NCBI GenBank assembly: GCA_030141605.1 | Contig: JAQGDQ010000019.1 | Location: 372,001 to 436,000, forward strand | Source: Tubiluchus corallicola | Taxonomy: Eukaryota > Animalia > Priapulida | Direction of reading: 5' to 3' | Length of the DNA: 64,000 nt | In this document: piece after piece, positions 25,301 to 39,300 of the stretch | Layout: the number at the start of each line of letters is the position of its first letter | How positions within the stretch are numbered: the first letter of the stretch is position 1 | Program-made: the position numbers and the translations under genes | Notes under the pieces: model-generated | What the model saw: the letters and a program-made list of their open reading frames with translations, nothing else | What the model was told of the DNA's origin: nothing | Database searches by the model: none

Positions 25301-28300
25301 CATATCATTTAAGTTTCCAAAACTCTGACACTGCCATTCTTTGAAACTACTGTCTAATTAGTCAACCTCAAAAGATAAATGAAAAACAGAAAAACTGTCA
25401 GTGTCGATTTTGTGATAACAAAAACTTTTCAAGAAAATTTGCAAGAAAAAGCATAAATTTATGATATTTAACGATGGAAAAGTTATTTTAATTTAGTTTT
25501 CCCATGGTCTGCCATATCAGTCTTATTGCCAGATGTAGAGCTTAGATTCAGTGACAGCTCACTACAGTAAGCTTATGTAACTTAACCTAGTTTGCCATTG
25601 GCTACTCCAAATTTTGTTTAAAACTATTCAGTAAAAAATAATTGGTAATGACAGAATTGAAGTCAGACAAAATTTACTGAAAACATATTATGATTTGTGT
25701 ACAACCCATGCAGATATTTTTCATTATGTGTTTAACCCATGCACAATGCATAATGTTTAGCATTTTAGAAAACCTATTCAAAATCTATGCAGTGCATAAA
25801 TTCCAGTCTACCACCAGGTGCACCTGCACTTACAGGGACCTGTTCACCCTATACAATACTAGAGCTTTAAAAACAACTCATATTTTTTTAATATGATTCT
25901 GCACACTGACTTAAATCACATAAGCAGTTCAGGATAAACACTTACTAAAGCTGTAGGTGTAAATTACAATCATTTTACTAAATTCCCAATTTGCTAATCG
26001 AATTATGGAGATTGCTCTTCAATTCTATATTTGATTAGAACGTAGGTGATGTTTAAAAGATTCAACATTATTTCGTATCTTGTTCAATTTCTGATAGCAG
26101 AAGAGATGACATATTTCAGTAGCTGCAAACAAAATGATGGACACTCTTCACATGAAATAATTCACAATCTTAAAGGTCCACTGACACCCTGATAGACACT
26201 TACAGCCAAAATTCGCTATTGATTAGCCTGATACAAAAAAGCGGCTTTATTTTTTTATAAACTTGCGCGTTTCGCTTTGGTTAGGATTGAAACACTTCAA
26301 ATTTATTGCCGCACAGACATCTTGCGAAAAACGAAAAATCGGAGAAGCGGAAGTGACGTCCCATTAGGAACGACACTGTGCATGTGTGACTCTCTCTGTG
26401 TTTAAATGTGGGCAAAATCAGGCAATATGCCAGTAATGAAGAGACTGGGGTTCTCACATTTTAGTATTTTAGTGTTAAGCTCAAATCATAGGTATGTCCA
26501 CACTTACTTGAATGCACTATATTTTATAGATAAAAAAAATATTACTAATGAAGTACAACGTGTAAAAGTGTGACATCACTGGTATTTCGCGCTGGGCTGA
26601 TTTCTTGTTTAGTTCCTGATCACTTCTGCTTTATAAACGTTTCACTGCCTAATTACCTTTTGCCCGATGTCATGTTCAGACAATGCTTCTGACAAACAGT
26701 GATCGTTTTTACATTTTCCAACATATAAAATTGTAAAAATAACAGCGGTGCCTTAGTACGATCCCAGAGAAAAGAACTAGACAATAAGGCAGCAATGACA
26801 GATTTTGTTCCCTGGGCTTTACTGAAGTTTTGAGCTTGTGCAGACCGGATATAATAATCTGTCTGACTTAATGTAGGGTTCAAAAGTAAAATAAAGCAGA
26901 AAACTAAGAAGAAATGCTTTTCAGACAACATTTTTTTAACTCATTAAAAGAGCACTCCCTGCATTTTTAGACACTTGGGAAAACCTTTGTGGCATTTTTT
27001 CGAATGTGCAAATGAGGTTTCAGAGAAAAAAGCTTCAAATATTTAAGTAAAAATATTCTCATTGTCTACAGTTTGACTGCTGACCGATGAGCATATAAGT
27101 TTTATGCGATCGACCACCTTTATTCTACGTGTAACTGCCCAGATTTTATTTTTCGCCATGCCTTGCAGGATACATGGGCGATTCTATTTGTGGCAAAAGG
27201 AAAAGAGATGTCCATCCTCACTGCGGTCGCATTTTGTGCCATTTTTACGTTGAAGTAATGTGTAAAAAAATCAGGAGAAATATTTCAAAATGTGAAGAAA
27301 AGGAGGTTGTTATTACAATCTGGAGTTTCCGTTAAACTGGTGGGGTTGAAATGTCTACTGCTAACCTTGACTAAATACAGTTTTTATGAAATTTAGTTAC
27401 AAAAGTTAATTATTACCTTACTTGCTGTGCATCTAACCCGAAATAGTGGCTAGCAGCTTACTTGCAGCTTGATTTAATTCGTGGGACTACTCGGCACACC
27501 TATTGTTCATACAGCCTACACACAGTTTAAATAATGGTACAGTAACATCATAGTGCTCTGCATACTGTGTTTGTTACTATAAATTTGCTGTTCCTTGCAG
27601 GTTTGGAAAATAAAAACTGATTCTTATAAGTAGATTAGCTATAAATAGATGAATACTATAGTAAGAAATGTTTTTATTAATAGATAAATCATTACTCAGC
27701 AATAACCGCTCTATTCAGTGTTCACAGTGCTCTGCTTGCTGAAGTCACTGGCTGTCTACTGTACTACGGCTGTTAAATGCCGCTTCACAGCACTGGCGGG
27801 CGATAATATTTGTGGCAGTACCAACGGCAGTTAATTTAAGTTACCATATCACATAAAAGCATAATCAAAACTCTTTTAAAAATTAGGAAATATGTAATTC
27901 CGCCTGAGCTTCAAAAGAAAATAACATAAAAAAAATAGTGTCATAGGACCTTTAAATAGGATCAAGACAGGAATGCAATTGTGTTGCAAAAGTGCAGAAG
28001 CCTATGGAAAAGCAGAAATAGGTAGATTCACAGACGCCAACTCAAGCACCACTCTAATTCACACACAAATGTAAAGCAAAAAATTATTTTAGTTCTTAAA
28101 AAATACTTACTGTCGCTAAATTCATCTCTAATCTGAAAAAAAGAAAAATGTATTTGATTATCAAACTTAAATTGTGTTTCAACATCAGTGTAAAATTCTG
28201 TTTAAGTGTGGCACGACTTGATTTTTCTCCCGCGTTACTAGCATACATGCGCGAAAGAAGAACTTATACAGGCACTTCTTTTTCTTTGGTCGAAATGAGA

Positions 28301-28787
28301 TCAAAATTTATTTGTCCTGGACATATCAACTGAATATCTCGGATATGTGCATTTGGCATTGAAGTAAAAGAAATTTCCTGAATGTATATTAAAATATCTA
28401 ACAATAGTGACATCAACGTAAATTAGTATGTTAAATTAGTAACGTAAATTAATGCTGGCAAACTGTAAATTAGACCTGTAGCTCAAAGGTTGTTAATTTA
28501 CATCAGGCTCAGTCTCGACATTTTTATATTCCTTCCAGGCTTTTGGTCAAGCCTGATTTAAGAATTTACCTGAACATAGTTCAACATACCTCTCTGCCCT
28601 CTTCATCCACACGTGGTGCTCCTGAAAGATTAAGTATAAATAAAAACAATTACAATTACAAAAACAAACATGACATTAACACCAATATGTCACTTAAATT
28701 GATGATCATATAACATAAATTTGTAGTTCCTTTGAAAAAATTTTGAAGTTCCACATAAAGTAAGGGAAGATTTTCGGAAAACAAAAA

Positions 28788-28839
<52 letters not shown>

Positions 28840-29736
28840 GAGAGAGAGAGAGAGAGAGAGAGATTTGATTTGATTTAATTCTATATTTCAAACATAAGTT
28901 CCTATTATAATGTACATATATACAATATACAACATCATAAAAACAAAAAACCAATACAAACAAATCACACACAAACTTTTATAAACATGAAAATTACAAT
29001 AATAGTCCCACCATTGTTGTCTTATGTGCGATGTAAATTTAGCATCGCTTACTAAAGTTTTCTGGCACATTAAATTATCGCTAGTAACAAATCTTTTCAT
29101 TAAACTTAAGACAGATTATCTACGTAATACATCAAAATACATCACGCGAATTTCAACACTCATCTCACGAGCACTGTAATCATATGCATATCCAAAAAAT
29201 AATCTTTTTGACACACTGTGCGCAATTTTGAGTTTTAAGATATTACAATTATTAAAATGTCTCCAGGCAGACATGCAATAGAATGTATTACAGTAAGCAT
29301 TAAATAGATATCTGTTAACATCAACAGAACAATAGCTGAATCTTTTCTAAGTTGGTTTGCACGACAGTAGTATAAGGATCTTTGATTAACAATGTCAAGG
29401 TCATCTCGGTTATCATTTGAAATAATATGTCCGAAATATTTTTCATTATCACAGGTACGTAAAGCATTATTATCTAGTTTGATGTTACCAAACGTAAAAT
29501 TTCTCATGATGTTTGAATTAATAGATATAAGTTTAGTTTTAGCTATACTGATTTTTATGTTATACTGTTCAGCATACAATTTATACACATGTAGTAGTTG
29601 CTATAGGGCCGTAATCGTTGTTGCTAACAAACAAACATCGTCAGCGTACATCGGGTGGCTCATAACCATGTTCGACACATTGCAACCAAGTTGGGAGGAA
29701 GGGGAGGGGAGGGAGGGAGGGAGGGAGAGAGAGAGC

Positions 29737-29828
<92 letters not shown>

Positions 29829-32800
29829 GAAGAGGTGGTGAAGAGGATGGTTATCAGGGAATTTTAATATGCCTGACATTCATTGGGAAGAGGGTGGTGT
29901 CACAATGGGTTCACATCATCCTCATTGGCATCAGTTTTTCTTAAACTGCATTAATAACCTTGGCCTTGAATAAATGAATCATGTGGGTCAAGGAGTAATT
30001 TTCAAACAATTCTACACTGTTCAGAAAGTTAATGTTATCTCTGGCATATCTGATCACAAAATTGTAGTAGTTATTGTTGATTCATTCATGAAATTGTTAA
30101 AGGTGAATTAAAAACTAAAAAAGGTTTCTTTTTGGATAATGAGATTTTGAAAGCATTAGAAATGAATTGCAGTCTTACCAGCACACATTCTTAAATAACT
30201 CTGATGCATATTGGTAAGGTATGCAAAGAAGCACAATTCCAGGCATTGGAATTTCTATAGAGACTTGAAACGTGTGTGTCAAAAAACCTAGACAGTCTCA
30301 TTGGAATTATGTTAGCGATATTGCTAGATTTGAAAGTGATCGTGCCAGAAAGGGATTTTGGAATTATATTAAAAAATTTAAAACTGCTGTTTCAACAGAG
30401 GATAAAGTTCTTTAACGATCAATTCAGGTCGGAATTTACACATGAAGATTAATTTAATATTCCTTTATTAGATGGATCCCAGATATTACTAGCATTCAAA
30501 TGAGAGCAAATTGAAAATTAAAAAAACTTTTAAATAACTTAAATATATACTTAATGATCAATTCAGGTCGGCATTTACACAAGAAGGTTCATTTAATATT
30601 CCTTTATTAGACGGATCCCAGATATTAGTAGTATTCAAATTAGTGTAAATTGAAAATTAAAAAACTATTAAATAACTTAAATATACTTATATATAAACTA
30701 GTAAAGATCTGGCTCATCTGCAAGGTTGTTAAAAGAAATGTCTGCATACACTGTTCCTAAATACATATATATGCTAAAAACAATTAATATCAAATTCTAG
30801 AATTATATGCTTTTATGTTTATATGCTTAAATGCTTTTATGTAAATTATATGTATCCCAATGCTTTAATAACCCCCAATACATAAGCAATCAAACAGATG
30901 TTTTCCTTCCAATTACTGATCAGTTTCATCAACATGCATTACCAGCATGATTATAGTAAATCATGATAAAATATTAGAGAAAATCTTGACAGACATCATG
31001 TCTTAGTTGAAATGCACCATGGCTTTGAAAACCACGAGTCACAGTATCACAGCTGTTATGCACTTATCATGACTTAGTATCTGTCATGGATAGGCTGTGT
31101 TGGTATTGGATTTAATAAAGGCCCAGACATTGTTCTTGATGAAAGATTTTTGACACAAGTTGCACACTAAGGAATTAGAGGGATCTTGCATTTTTGCATA
31201 AGATCACACTTGATTGGAAGGATGCTGAGTGTTATTCTGGATAGAGCCTGTTGATGTAATTTCTGGAGTTTCACAATGGACTGCATTGGGAGTTGTGACC
31301 ACTACTATTTTTGATATCCATAAATGATCTGGTTGCGTAAGTCTCATCTTTAGTTAGGCTTCTTGCTGACAATTGTATTATATATCATCCTATCAAATCT
31401 TATAATGAATGCCTTATTCTACAAATATACTTAGACATATTACACAAGTGGGAAAGATATTGGCTAATGCAATTTAACATTAACAAGTGACGTTTTTCTT
31501 GCACTTCTTCCAAAGTTATAAAGCACCAGTACGGTAAACCATTAAATTTGTCTTCATCTGTGCAATATTTAGGTGTCACAACGTCGAAAGACTTTAAATG
31601 GAGTTCGCATATTCATAAAGTAGCAATTGAAAACATGAACATGTTAGGAATTCTTAGCAGAAATCTTAGACATTGTCCAAACATTGTCTACAAGTCAATA
31701 TTGAGGCCAAAATTAGAACACACTTTTTCAGTATGGGACACATACATGAGCAATAACCTTCAACATAGATCGATAAAGATTTGTGTGAAACATATATCGC
31801 ACAGATATTAGCGCAGTCTCTATGTTAGACTCTTTTGTGTGGTCAAGCTTAGAACAGCAAAGCGCAAAACAATATTTGTGCAAGGTTTACCAAATCTGAT
31901 AGAATGATCTTGTAGATATTAATAGTTATTTACCAGAGCTACCAGGAATGGTTGTAGTTCACATCAGTACAAATTTTAATGCTACCAGTGAGCAGATTGT
32001 CTTAAATATTCATCTGCAGTACATTCAGTCATCTAGTGACATAATCTACCTTCAAAGATTGTGAAGTTTAATCAAGAGTATAAGTGAAACAATACAAGAG
32101 TTTGACCTTACGCTGGACAGGAATTGTATAATTATGCACTATATAATGCTATTTTGTTGCCACGTGTGCACACTTAAACAAAATTCCTAAAGGAAAGCTG
32201 TAGTACCTACATATTTATTATCATACATCATTTACAGGCAAAGGGTTAAGATTTGGGCAAAATTCTAAAAAAGCAGCAAATCGTTAGGCACACGAAATAG
32301 AAAATGTTGTGAAATTTAAGGTATAAGTATCACGCTCAAAAAATATAAACAAGCGAAGAGAAGGTAAGAAAAAAGATAAAGATAAACATAAAGAATGAAG
32401 AAATGTGCATAAGGACAGATTGTCAGACGTACACAATGACTAAACTTAATCCACAACAATGTAGAAACGACTATAATTACACTTCAAAAAATATCGAAAA
32501 ATCCAGCAAGAAAAATTAGTTACCCCATGCCCATATTGCAAATCCGGCCCAAGCAGAACCCAAAAGACCAAAAGCTAAAAAGGTATATCGCATTCGCCTA
32601 TTAAACGCCTCTCTCTTTTTATCAAGTTCCTCTTTTGCCTTCCGCTCTTCATCTTGCGTGTTTTGTTGTTCTATCTGACCTTTTCCAAAACTCTGTCGTG
32701 CTACTTGATCAGCCAGACCACTTACATTTTGAGTTTTAGATGAACAATATGCTATTCTGCTCACAGAAAAACTAAGTATATGTTTGTGAAATAGCGACCC

Positions 32801-32926
32801 GCTGTTATGACTTTGGCACAAAAAGCGTAATCCTATATTGTAATGTCTTTTGTCAAATTGATAACCAGTGTGTGACACGATCTTAGGTAAACTTTTTCTT
32901 AAACACATGCACCTGCACGCTGCCAT
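19359..32926 (-). CDS. TIMM50: Mitochondrial import inner membrane translocase subunit TIM50; 10 exons, 398 aa
   Basis: Exons 32926-32524, 28621-28590, 28132-28111, 24819-24761, 24644-24525, 24075-23968, 23419-23321, 21933-21777, 20043-19940 and 19451-19359 total 1197 nt, all GT-AG and phase-consistent. Basic presequence, [24 protein letters not shown], then [58 protein letters not shown] and [12 protein letters not shown], which are TIM50 signatures. Confidence 0.97.
26170..27955. mobile_element. Kolobok-type DNA transposon (non-autonomous or decayed) in TIMM50 intron 3
   Basis: TTAA at 26170-26173 and 27952-27955 flank termini AGGTCCACTGACAC and GTGTCATAGGACCT (12/14 inverted match). A TTAA TSD with RR...YY ends is the Kolobok signature. 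Confidence 0.75.
28791..28863. repeat. (GA)n microsatellite
   Basis: Dinucleotide run with one GGGGG interruption. Confidence 0.95.
28862..29692 (-). mobile_element. 5'-truncated non-LTR retrotransposon (RT C-terminal part, 3' UTR and (AAATC)n tail)
   Basis: Minus-strand [12 protein letters not shown] (YADD box), [18 protein letters not shown] and [23 protein letters not shown] tail at about 28876-28862. Confidence 0.85.
29693..29832. repeat. GGA/(GA)n microsatellite
   Basis: Purine-only repeat run, seen directly. Confidence 0.95.
29840..32100 (+). mobile_element. Decayed CR1/L2-group LINE ORF2 (APE endonuclease plus RT) in TIMM50 intron 1
   Basis: [11 protein letters not shown] (GDFN motif) near 29855, GISDHKIV near 30045, LDFNKA near 31105, LLADNCIIY near 31360, [20 protein letters not shown] and RPKLE in ORF 31548-31811. 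Many stops and frameshifts. Confidence 0.85.
30412..30686 (+). repeat. Tandem duplication (two copies of a ~139 bp unit) inside the LINE remnant
   Basis: TTAAYGATCAATTCAGGTCGG...AAATAACTTAAATATA begins at 30412 and again at 30551. Confidence 0.9.
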
Positions 32927-33361
32927 ATTTTTGTCACCAGTCACGACAACTCAACAAAAACTTTTGAGTCAATTCTATTCAATTTTATTTTATTGCGCAA
33001 ATACATTAGTGTATCATGACGAAAAATTACAATTACAAAAAAAATCAAAGTACAGGAACAAATATAAGATATAATAGATATTATTATGCAACGCTGCAAA
33101 AACATGAGTTTTACAACTTACTTAATTTCAATTCAATTCAATTTATTATTATGAGCAACAGTGAAACAAATAAGTAACGAAACGTTTTTTGCTTAAAACA
33201 GTGCCAGCCTATAACTAGGTTACATGGTCCTATCAAACGCACAAAATATTGTACAATTTCATGAAAAAGTTGTTACGTATTAAAATTTGATAGAATGGTT
33301 TACAGTTTTTTACACGGTGCACCGGTTTAGACCGAAACTTTCTGGGATACCGTTGAAAAAA
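32927..33361. promoter_or_regulatory. Probable bidirectional promoter region shared by TIMM50 and MRPS35
   Basis: Divergent ATGs at 32926 (-) and 33362 (+), 435 bp apart. Promoter activity is inferred from the arrangement only. Confidence 0.75.
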
Positions 33362-36300
33362 ATGTCTGCGAGTGCGTGTTTCGCATTAAGGAAGTTATCT
33401 AAAACCTGCAGTAGAACGTTTTCTCCATATAATTTTGATCTCTTAACTTCTGCTGTGCGCTGTGTGCATCCTACTGGCCAAGATGTTGAAGAGCCAGGTA
33501 CTTTAAATACATTTTTTAAACCAATAAATTATAACATAGCTCTCCAGTTGCAGACGTACGAATGAATGAGGGCAAACAGCTAAAGGTGTCTAGGAAAGCG
33601 CTGTTTCAGTGGTTCAGTTTTGATCCTCGTGCATTTCAGCAAGCACTCTAAGAACGACTGCAGCATCTATATGCACTGTTTAGACCTTCATATCCCGAAT
33701 CGGCATTCATTTCTAACTTCCATCATGGCCGTAGTACACTCGATGACTCTTAAAGTCTTATGACATAAACATAGACCTCCACATTTGTTTCGTATAGATC
33801 ACGGGCATCAACCCCAAGACATTTACTTAAGCTACTACAAACAAATAGATGTTCAGTTGTATCTTCTTCAATATTACACATGGGGCACATTAAATTATTT
33901 ATGTGGGCACTTTTGAAGTTACACTTCAATTCTAACATAGTTAATTTAATTTTCATATTATAACTCATTATATTCACACTTAATTCAGAGATGTAATTTT
34001 GCTTCTTAAATTCATTATGTTTGAGAAATCTCAATTTTGTCATTTTATTGCATTTTGCTCTGAACTGCTTTGCTGCTTGTTTCCACTTTATTTTTAACCA
34101 TCTTTTTCCATTCAGACTTCTTGTATTTAATTGTTCCATGTCGCTACTGTTTATGTGATAATAATTAGCTATTTTTACAATCTCATCATACCAGCAATTT
34201 TTTGTTCCATAACTACTTGTTTAGCAATTCTATCATCATCAGAATTCATTAAATGATGATAAAACATTAACTTTTTGTACTCAACTCTACTTTTAATCGG
34301 CCGACAGTTTACTTGAGCTAAAATGCCCCAGAGTAAGGGGTTGCTTTTTGACACAACGATTTCATTAATAAATTAAACTGAATACATTCTAACCATTTCC
34401 ACTCTGTATTTGTTAGATTTGTCCACGTTTCACTATTATATAACAACTCAGGTATCACCATTGTCTCATACATAATTAATCTAGCTTCTTTTGATTTATA
34501 GCCCATATTTGATTCTGACCCAATATTATTTATGTCCAATATCATTACTAGTTACTCATTTAATTCAGTATTCCACTAATAATTTAAATTTTCATTTCCA
34601 CATTTTATTTTGACTTATTGAAGATTACCTAATAACTTGGGCTACTTTATTTGTGGTCAAAACCCCTTTTAAAGAAGCATATTTTATCATAAGTCTTTAA
34701 TAAATTTTTGACTTCAACAAGTTCGAAGACACGTCAGCAAATAGCAAATTCAGCTCAACGCCATTTTGATCTACTTCGTCTAAAACACTTTACTGATTTT
34801 AACTATCCAATTTTACAGTTTTATAGCAGTTTTCAACTGGACAATAGCCACATCTTTGAATTATCGCTAAGGACTTTTTAAAGAATTAATCAAAATTTTA
34901 TCACAAGTCACTAGCACAAAATTCTCACGTCCACGTCCACGCGTGCCCACTACTCAAGTGTGTGAACTTTATTTATGTCACCCACACGAATACTCCTTTC
35001 ACCATATATTTGACTTTTTCTTCTCTCTTCATAATGTTCATGTCTTTTTTCCCACTTTGTTGCAGCAAGCAAAATTCAGGAACTTTCACCCTTAGAAACC
35101 TCAATTGTTTAGTGATAATTAAATAAAATTTTGTGATATAAAAGTGACTTGCACTTCGTCGTTTAAATACTAATAGTTCTAAGTTTTTTCGATGCTGACG
35201 TGCTTCAATTATTGATTTTTGGTTTATTGAACAGAAAAAATACGGTGCTATCGCTTTCACTGTTCATGTTAGCACGCAAGATCTGATTCATTGAAAGTTG
35301 GTAAAAGAAAATGCACCAATAACAACCACAATAATAAAAGTGGCAACTCACAAACAATGCAAAGTTAGCATCATCACCATCGTTTTATCAATTATTTTTT
35401 AAAAATATTGTCAATCAATACAATTATACTATATTTTTTGGCAAGAGGGCATGCACAATAAACTTGTTTATGGAAATTGCTGTTTTGAATTTCATTTTAT
35501 TGCACTACAGAAATTTAAAGGCTATGAAGGTAAATAAAAACAAACGTGTTGCACGTTGTTAACCTGCTGAGAAAACCAATTTTTCCTAATTATTGACAGA
35601 ACCTGAAAATTGACATGTTAGTTTACCGTGATTATGTGTGAGGTGAGTGTCAATTGTGGTGTTTCATATCTGTCATTAATAAGAATTGTCTGTGAGAGAG
35701 AGAGTGAGAGAGAGAGAAGAGAGAGAGAGAAAGAGAGCGAGAGAGAAAAGAAAGAGAGAGAGCAAGAGATTGCTAGGCACGCGCAAAAAGTGAGGCAACA
35801 ACGAATGCTATGTTGAACAATACAAAAACTGCATTCAATTGTGTGGCAAGAACAAACCTTGAGCGACACACCTTTGAATATTGTTTGATATATGTGTGCT
35901 GCTGGCTAGCAATCTCACTCTATGGCCCCGCATGTGCGGCCTTTAAATCTATCCGTATCTAAGATGTTTGAGGTCACTTTCGAAACTAAACATAGCCTGA
36001 GCTACTCTTATTTTCATGATGTATGCATAAGTCCAGATTAGGACTTCATAGGAACTACGTGTAATTCAGTATAGTCCAAAAATTAGGGTTCCAATAGGGC
36101 CATATAAGGAGCTAAAAAGACCTACATTTTTCCTGACTTAGAGCATCGTGTCTGACCACACTAATGTATATAATATGGTGTTGTCCCTACTAATTTATCT
36201 AGTTTTCTGATTTATACAATTTTAGGTGAAGACGAATTTACAACTCCAAGTTTTACAAAGAAACCAGCACGGCAAGATTTTCAACGCAAGAGATCCGAAA

Positions 36301-39300
36301 TTGAGGTTACATTTCTGTTTTCAGTTCATTTACATATTGTCCAATGTGTGTCAGTTTTGTTTATTGTTCTGCACTCTGATCTCATATAATAATGTTCTTT
36401 AATTGGTAAATACAATGAGGTAGTGATTGGAAGTCTTACCTTTGACAAACTGACTGGATGGGCGCTAGTTGAAGCAGATTTTTTAAATTACCTGGTAATA
36501 AAAAGTGAAATTTAAAAATAAATATTTAGTATGAAGTTTGAATCTGGCTTCAATTCAGAATCAAGTATCTGATGATAAATATTCACAGTGTACACCCGAA
36601 ATATTTGTTTGAGCATCTGCCTGGTTTGCAATTTTTTATGTAGTTTGGTATTCTGCAAGCTGGGATTCAGCACTCAATCATGAAACCTACTTGATATAGA
36701 TGTGTGTGTCCCAGCAAAAACCTAGTTCATTATTAAGAAAAATTGCCTTGGATGAGCCATTGAACTGCCAAAAGTATCTTAGCCACATTTTAATGAATAT
36801 ACATCCTCCTTTAATGAGATAAATATCTTCAGTATAGCAGTTACTTTTCTGACAGTTATTCATCGAGTTGCTGAACAAGGACAACCTTGGTCAGCAACTC
36901 GACGTCAATCACTTAACACACACTGTGGTCATTTAGCCTTTTTCCTTACCTGAAAAGTGCTATGGAAATAAAAAATCACTTAATTTAACTCATCTGCTTT
37001 CATATTTTCTTAACTTGGAAAGTTGCTTGCAAGCACAGCTGGCAGTACGATACGGTATGGTACAAAATATACTGAAATTCGTACCTTTAATTCCATACCT
37101 TTACCTGCAAAATTGAATCACACCATGCTAGTACGATAAAATATGATGCCGCATTTCCATACTAAGTGCACGTAGGATCTAGTTAGAATGTGAGTTTGAT
37201 GTTTGGATTAAATATGTACTCATTAGTGACAAACTTGATGTTATTTCAAATTTAAAGTGTGTTACCTGAAACATCTGTAACTGTATGTTAAACATAATAC
37301 AACATTAATCAATACTAGAAATTATATGTAGCTCTCATAGAAAAATGTAGCATGCACTTCAACGTCAAGTAATAATCTAACTTTACTTACAGGTGTCATA
37401 TTTGTGTACACAAAAACAATTATAGCTTCTATAATAGACATTAAGTTGTGGCCACTCAGGTTGATGTGTTAGGCCGGCACCCCAAGATTTTCTTTTGTCG
37501 GGAAAGCAAACATTTAACGCATTTGGTATGCGGTTATTAAATTGCTACTGTTTTGCATAGATCTACAAAGTTTTTTTTGGTTCCATATTAACGACAGATA
37601 TTTTGAATGTTCTTGTTTCCAAAGAATCTGCATAATTTGAGATTTGCAGTACATTCCTATACAATACTCAAAAATAGCAGATAAAACAGCAATGTTACAT
37701 GAATAGGTATGAATAACATTCCCGTTATATGAGTATGTACGTATTTTTGTTATTTGTGTATATTTTTGTTATTTGTGTTATTTGAACAGTTGCTTGCATA
37801 AGATTCCAAGCTATCTTCCCAGTTTGTAAACAATGAATGCAATTCAGAAATGACAAGTAGCACATCTAAACAATTTGCTGCTTTTGCACCCAAAATGAAC
37901 CAATCTAGCCATTTAGTATGCCTGTGGTCATAGAACAATAAGTCTGCCTATGAGCAAAACAAGTCACACTGAGTTGCTAACCAATGAAAATGTTACAAGA
38001 TGTTGAATAAAAGTGGTATGGAAAAGGTACAACAAAGGTACTAAAATGGTACGGAAAAATACTGCAAGTTTATTTACAGCACATCACTTGGAAGAAAACG
38101 ATATGATAAATTGGAACATGCTGAATAACTATTATAATTATTCTTTTTATCATAACGAGAAATTTTTGTATATTTTTAATAGTAAACATATGATATAAGT
38201 GGTGATTTTCTGCACAGACGTTAATTTTGATATTAAGATGTATTGTCATGAATGAAGGATCCATAGTTTGTAGTAGATCTGTAGTAAACCATTTTTTATT
38301 CATCTGTTTTGGAAATACTTAAGTTTATTTTTATGCCTGCACTTTGTCACTTTACTGGTTCTTTTTTATTATTTGCTCACTTAAAATTGTATAGCGACAT
38401 GTCTATATGTGATTGATCCTATTGAATGTCTGTTTTGTTTAGAAGAATGTTTATTCTTCCTTAACAAAACCAGTACAGTTTTAGGAAAAGAAAGCTATTC
38501 AAAGTTGAGCATGTTGCAAGTTGTACTTTATAATTATAAGCCCTTGTAACCACTAAGGCAGGCATTCGGGTGTTGCTCAGATGGCTTTTGAAAGATTGAC
38601 TACATTCTGATGGTTTATCACTTATAGTTGCCAACTATATGTCATTTATGCTAAATTAGTTAAGCAGGTAGCTGCTTATTTACATAATACTTTTTTTTAA
38701 AGCGAAAACCTCCTAGAACTGAAAAAATGCCAATAGATCAAGACTGGACAGCAGTATGGCCAACAGCTGCATCATTCAAGCCTTCGGTTGTTCCGCTACC
38801 TCTCCGTATGGGGCTAAACACAAAAGGTGCCCCACCTGATAAAGTAAATATCATTTCATTATTAAGTGCACAGAATATTAAATATATTATTCCATTGCAT
38901 GTATGCGCTATCTGTATGCTGCTTGTATGCCTGTGTGCTGCATAAATACCAAAAGCATAGGCAACATTTTTTATTACATTGTGTTTATAGAAGAGACTTT
39001 ATAATTTTAATAGCAACATTGATTACTGTATTTCAAATTACACTTTCTCCTCACTAGTAGATATTTGACTTAATTTTTATAAAACAGGCTAATATTTTGT
39101 GTAATATGCATGAGAAGGCCTTGGCTAAATATCAAGTTAGTATTTTTGGTATGGACTCTCAATTACAAAACATTTACAGTAAACTTAACCTGCTACGTTG
39201 ATTTCTTTGTCACAATATTGTATTGTAAAATCCATGTCATTAATAACAATCCTATCTGCACCTCCAACTTTAGTATATCTGGCCAATTGGCCAAAACCTG

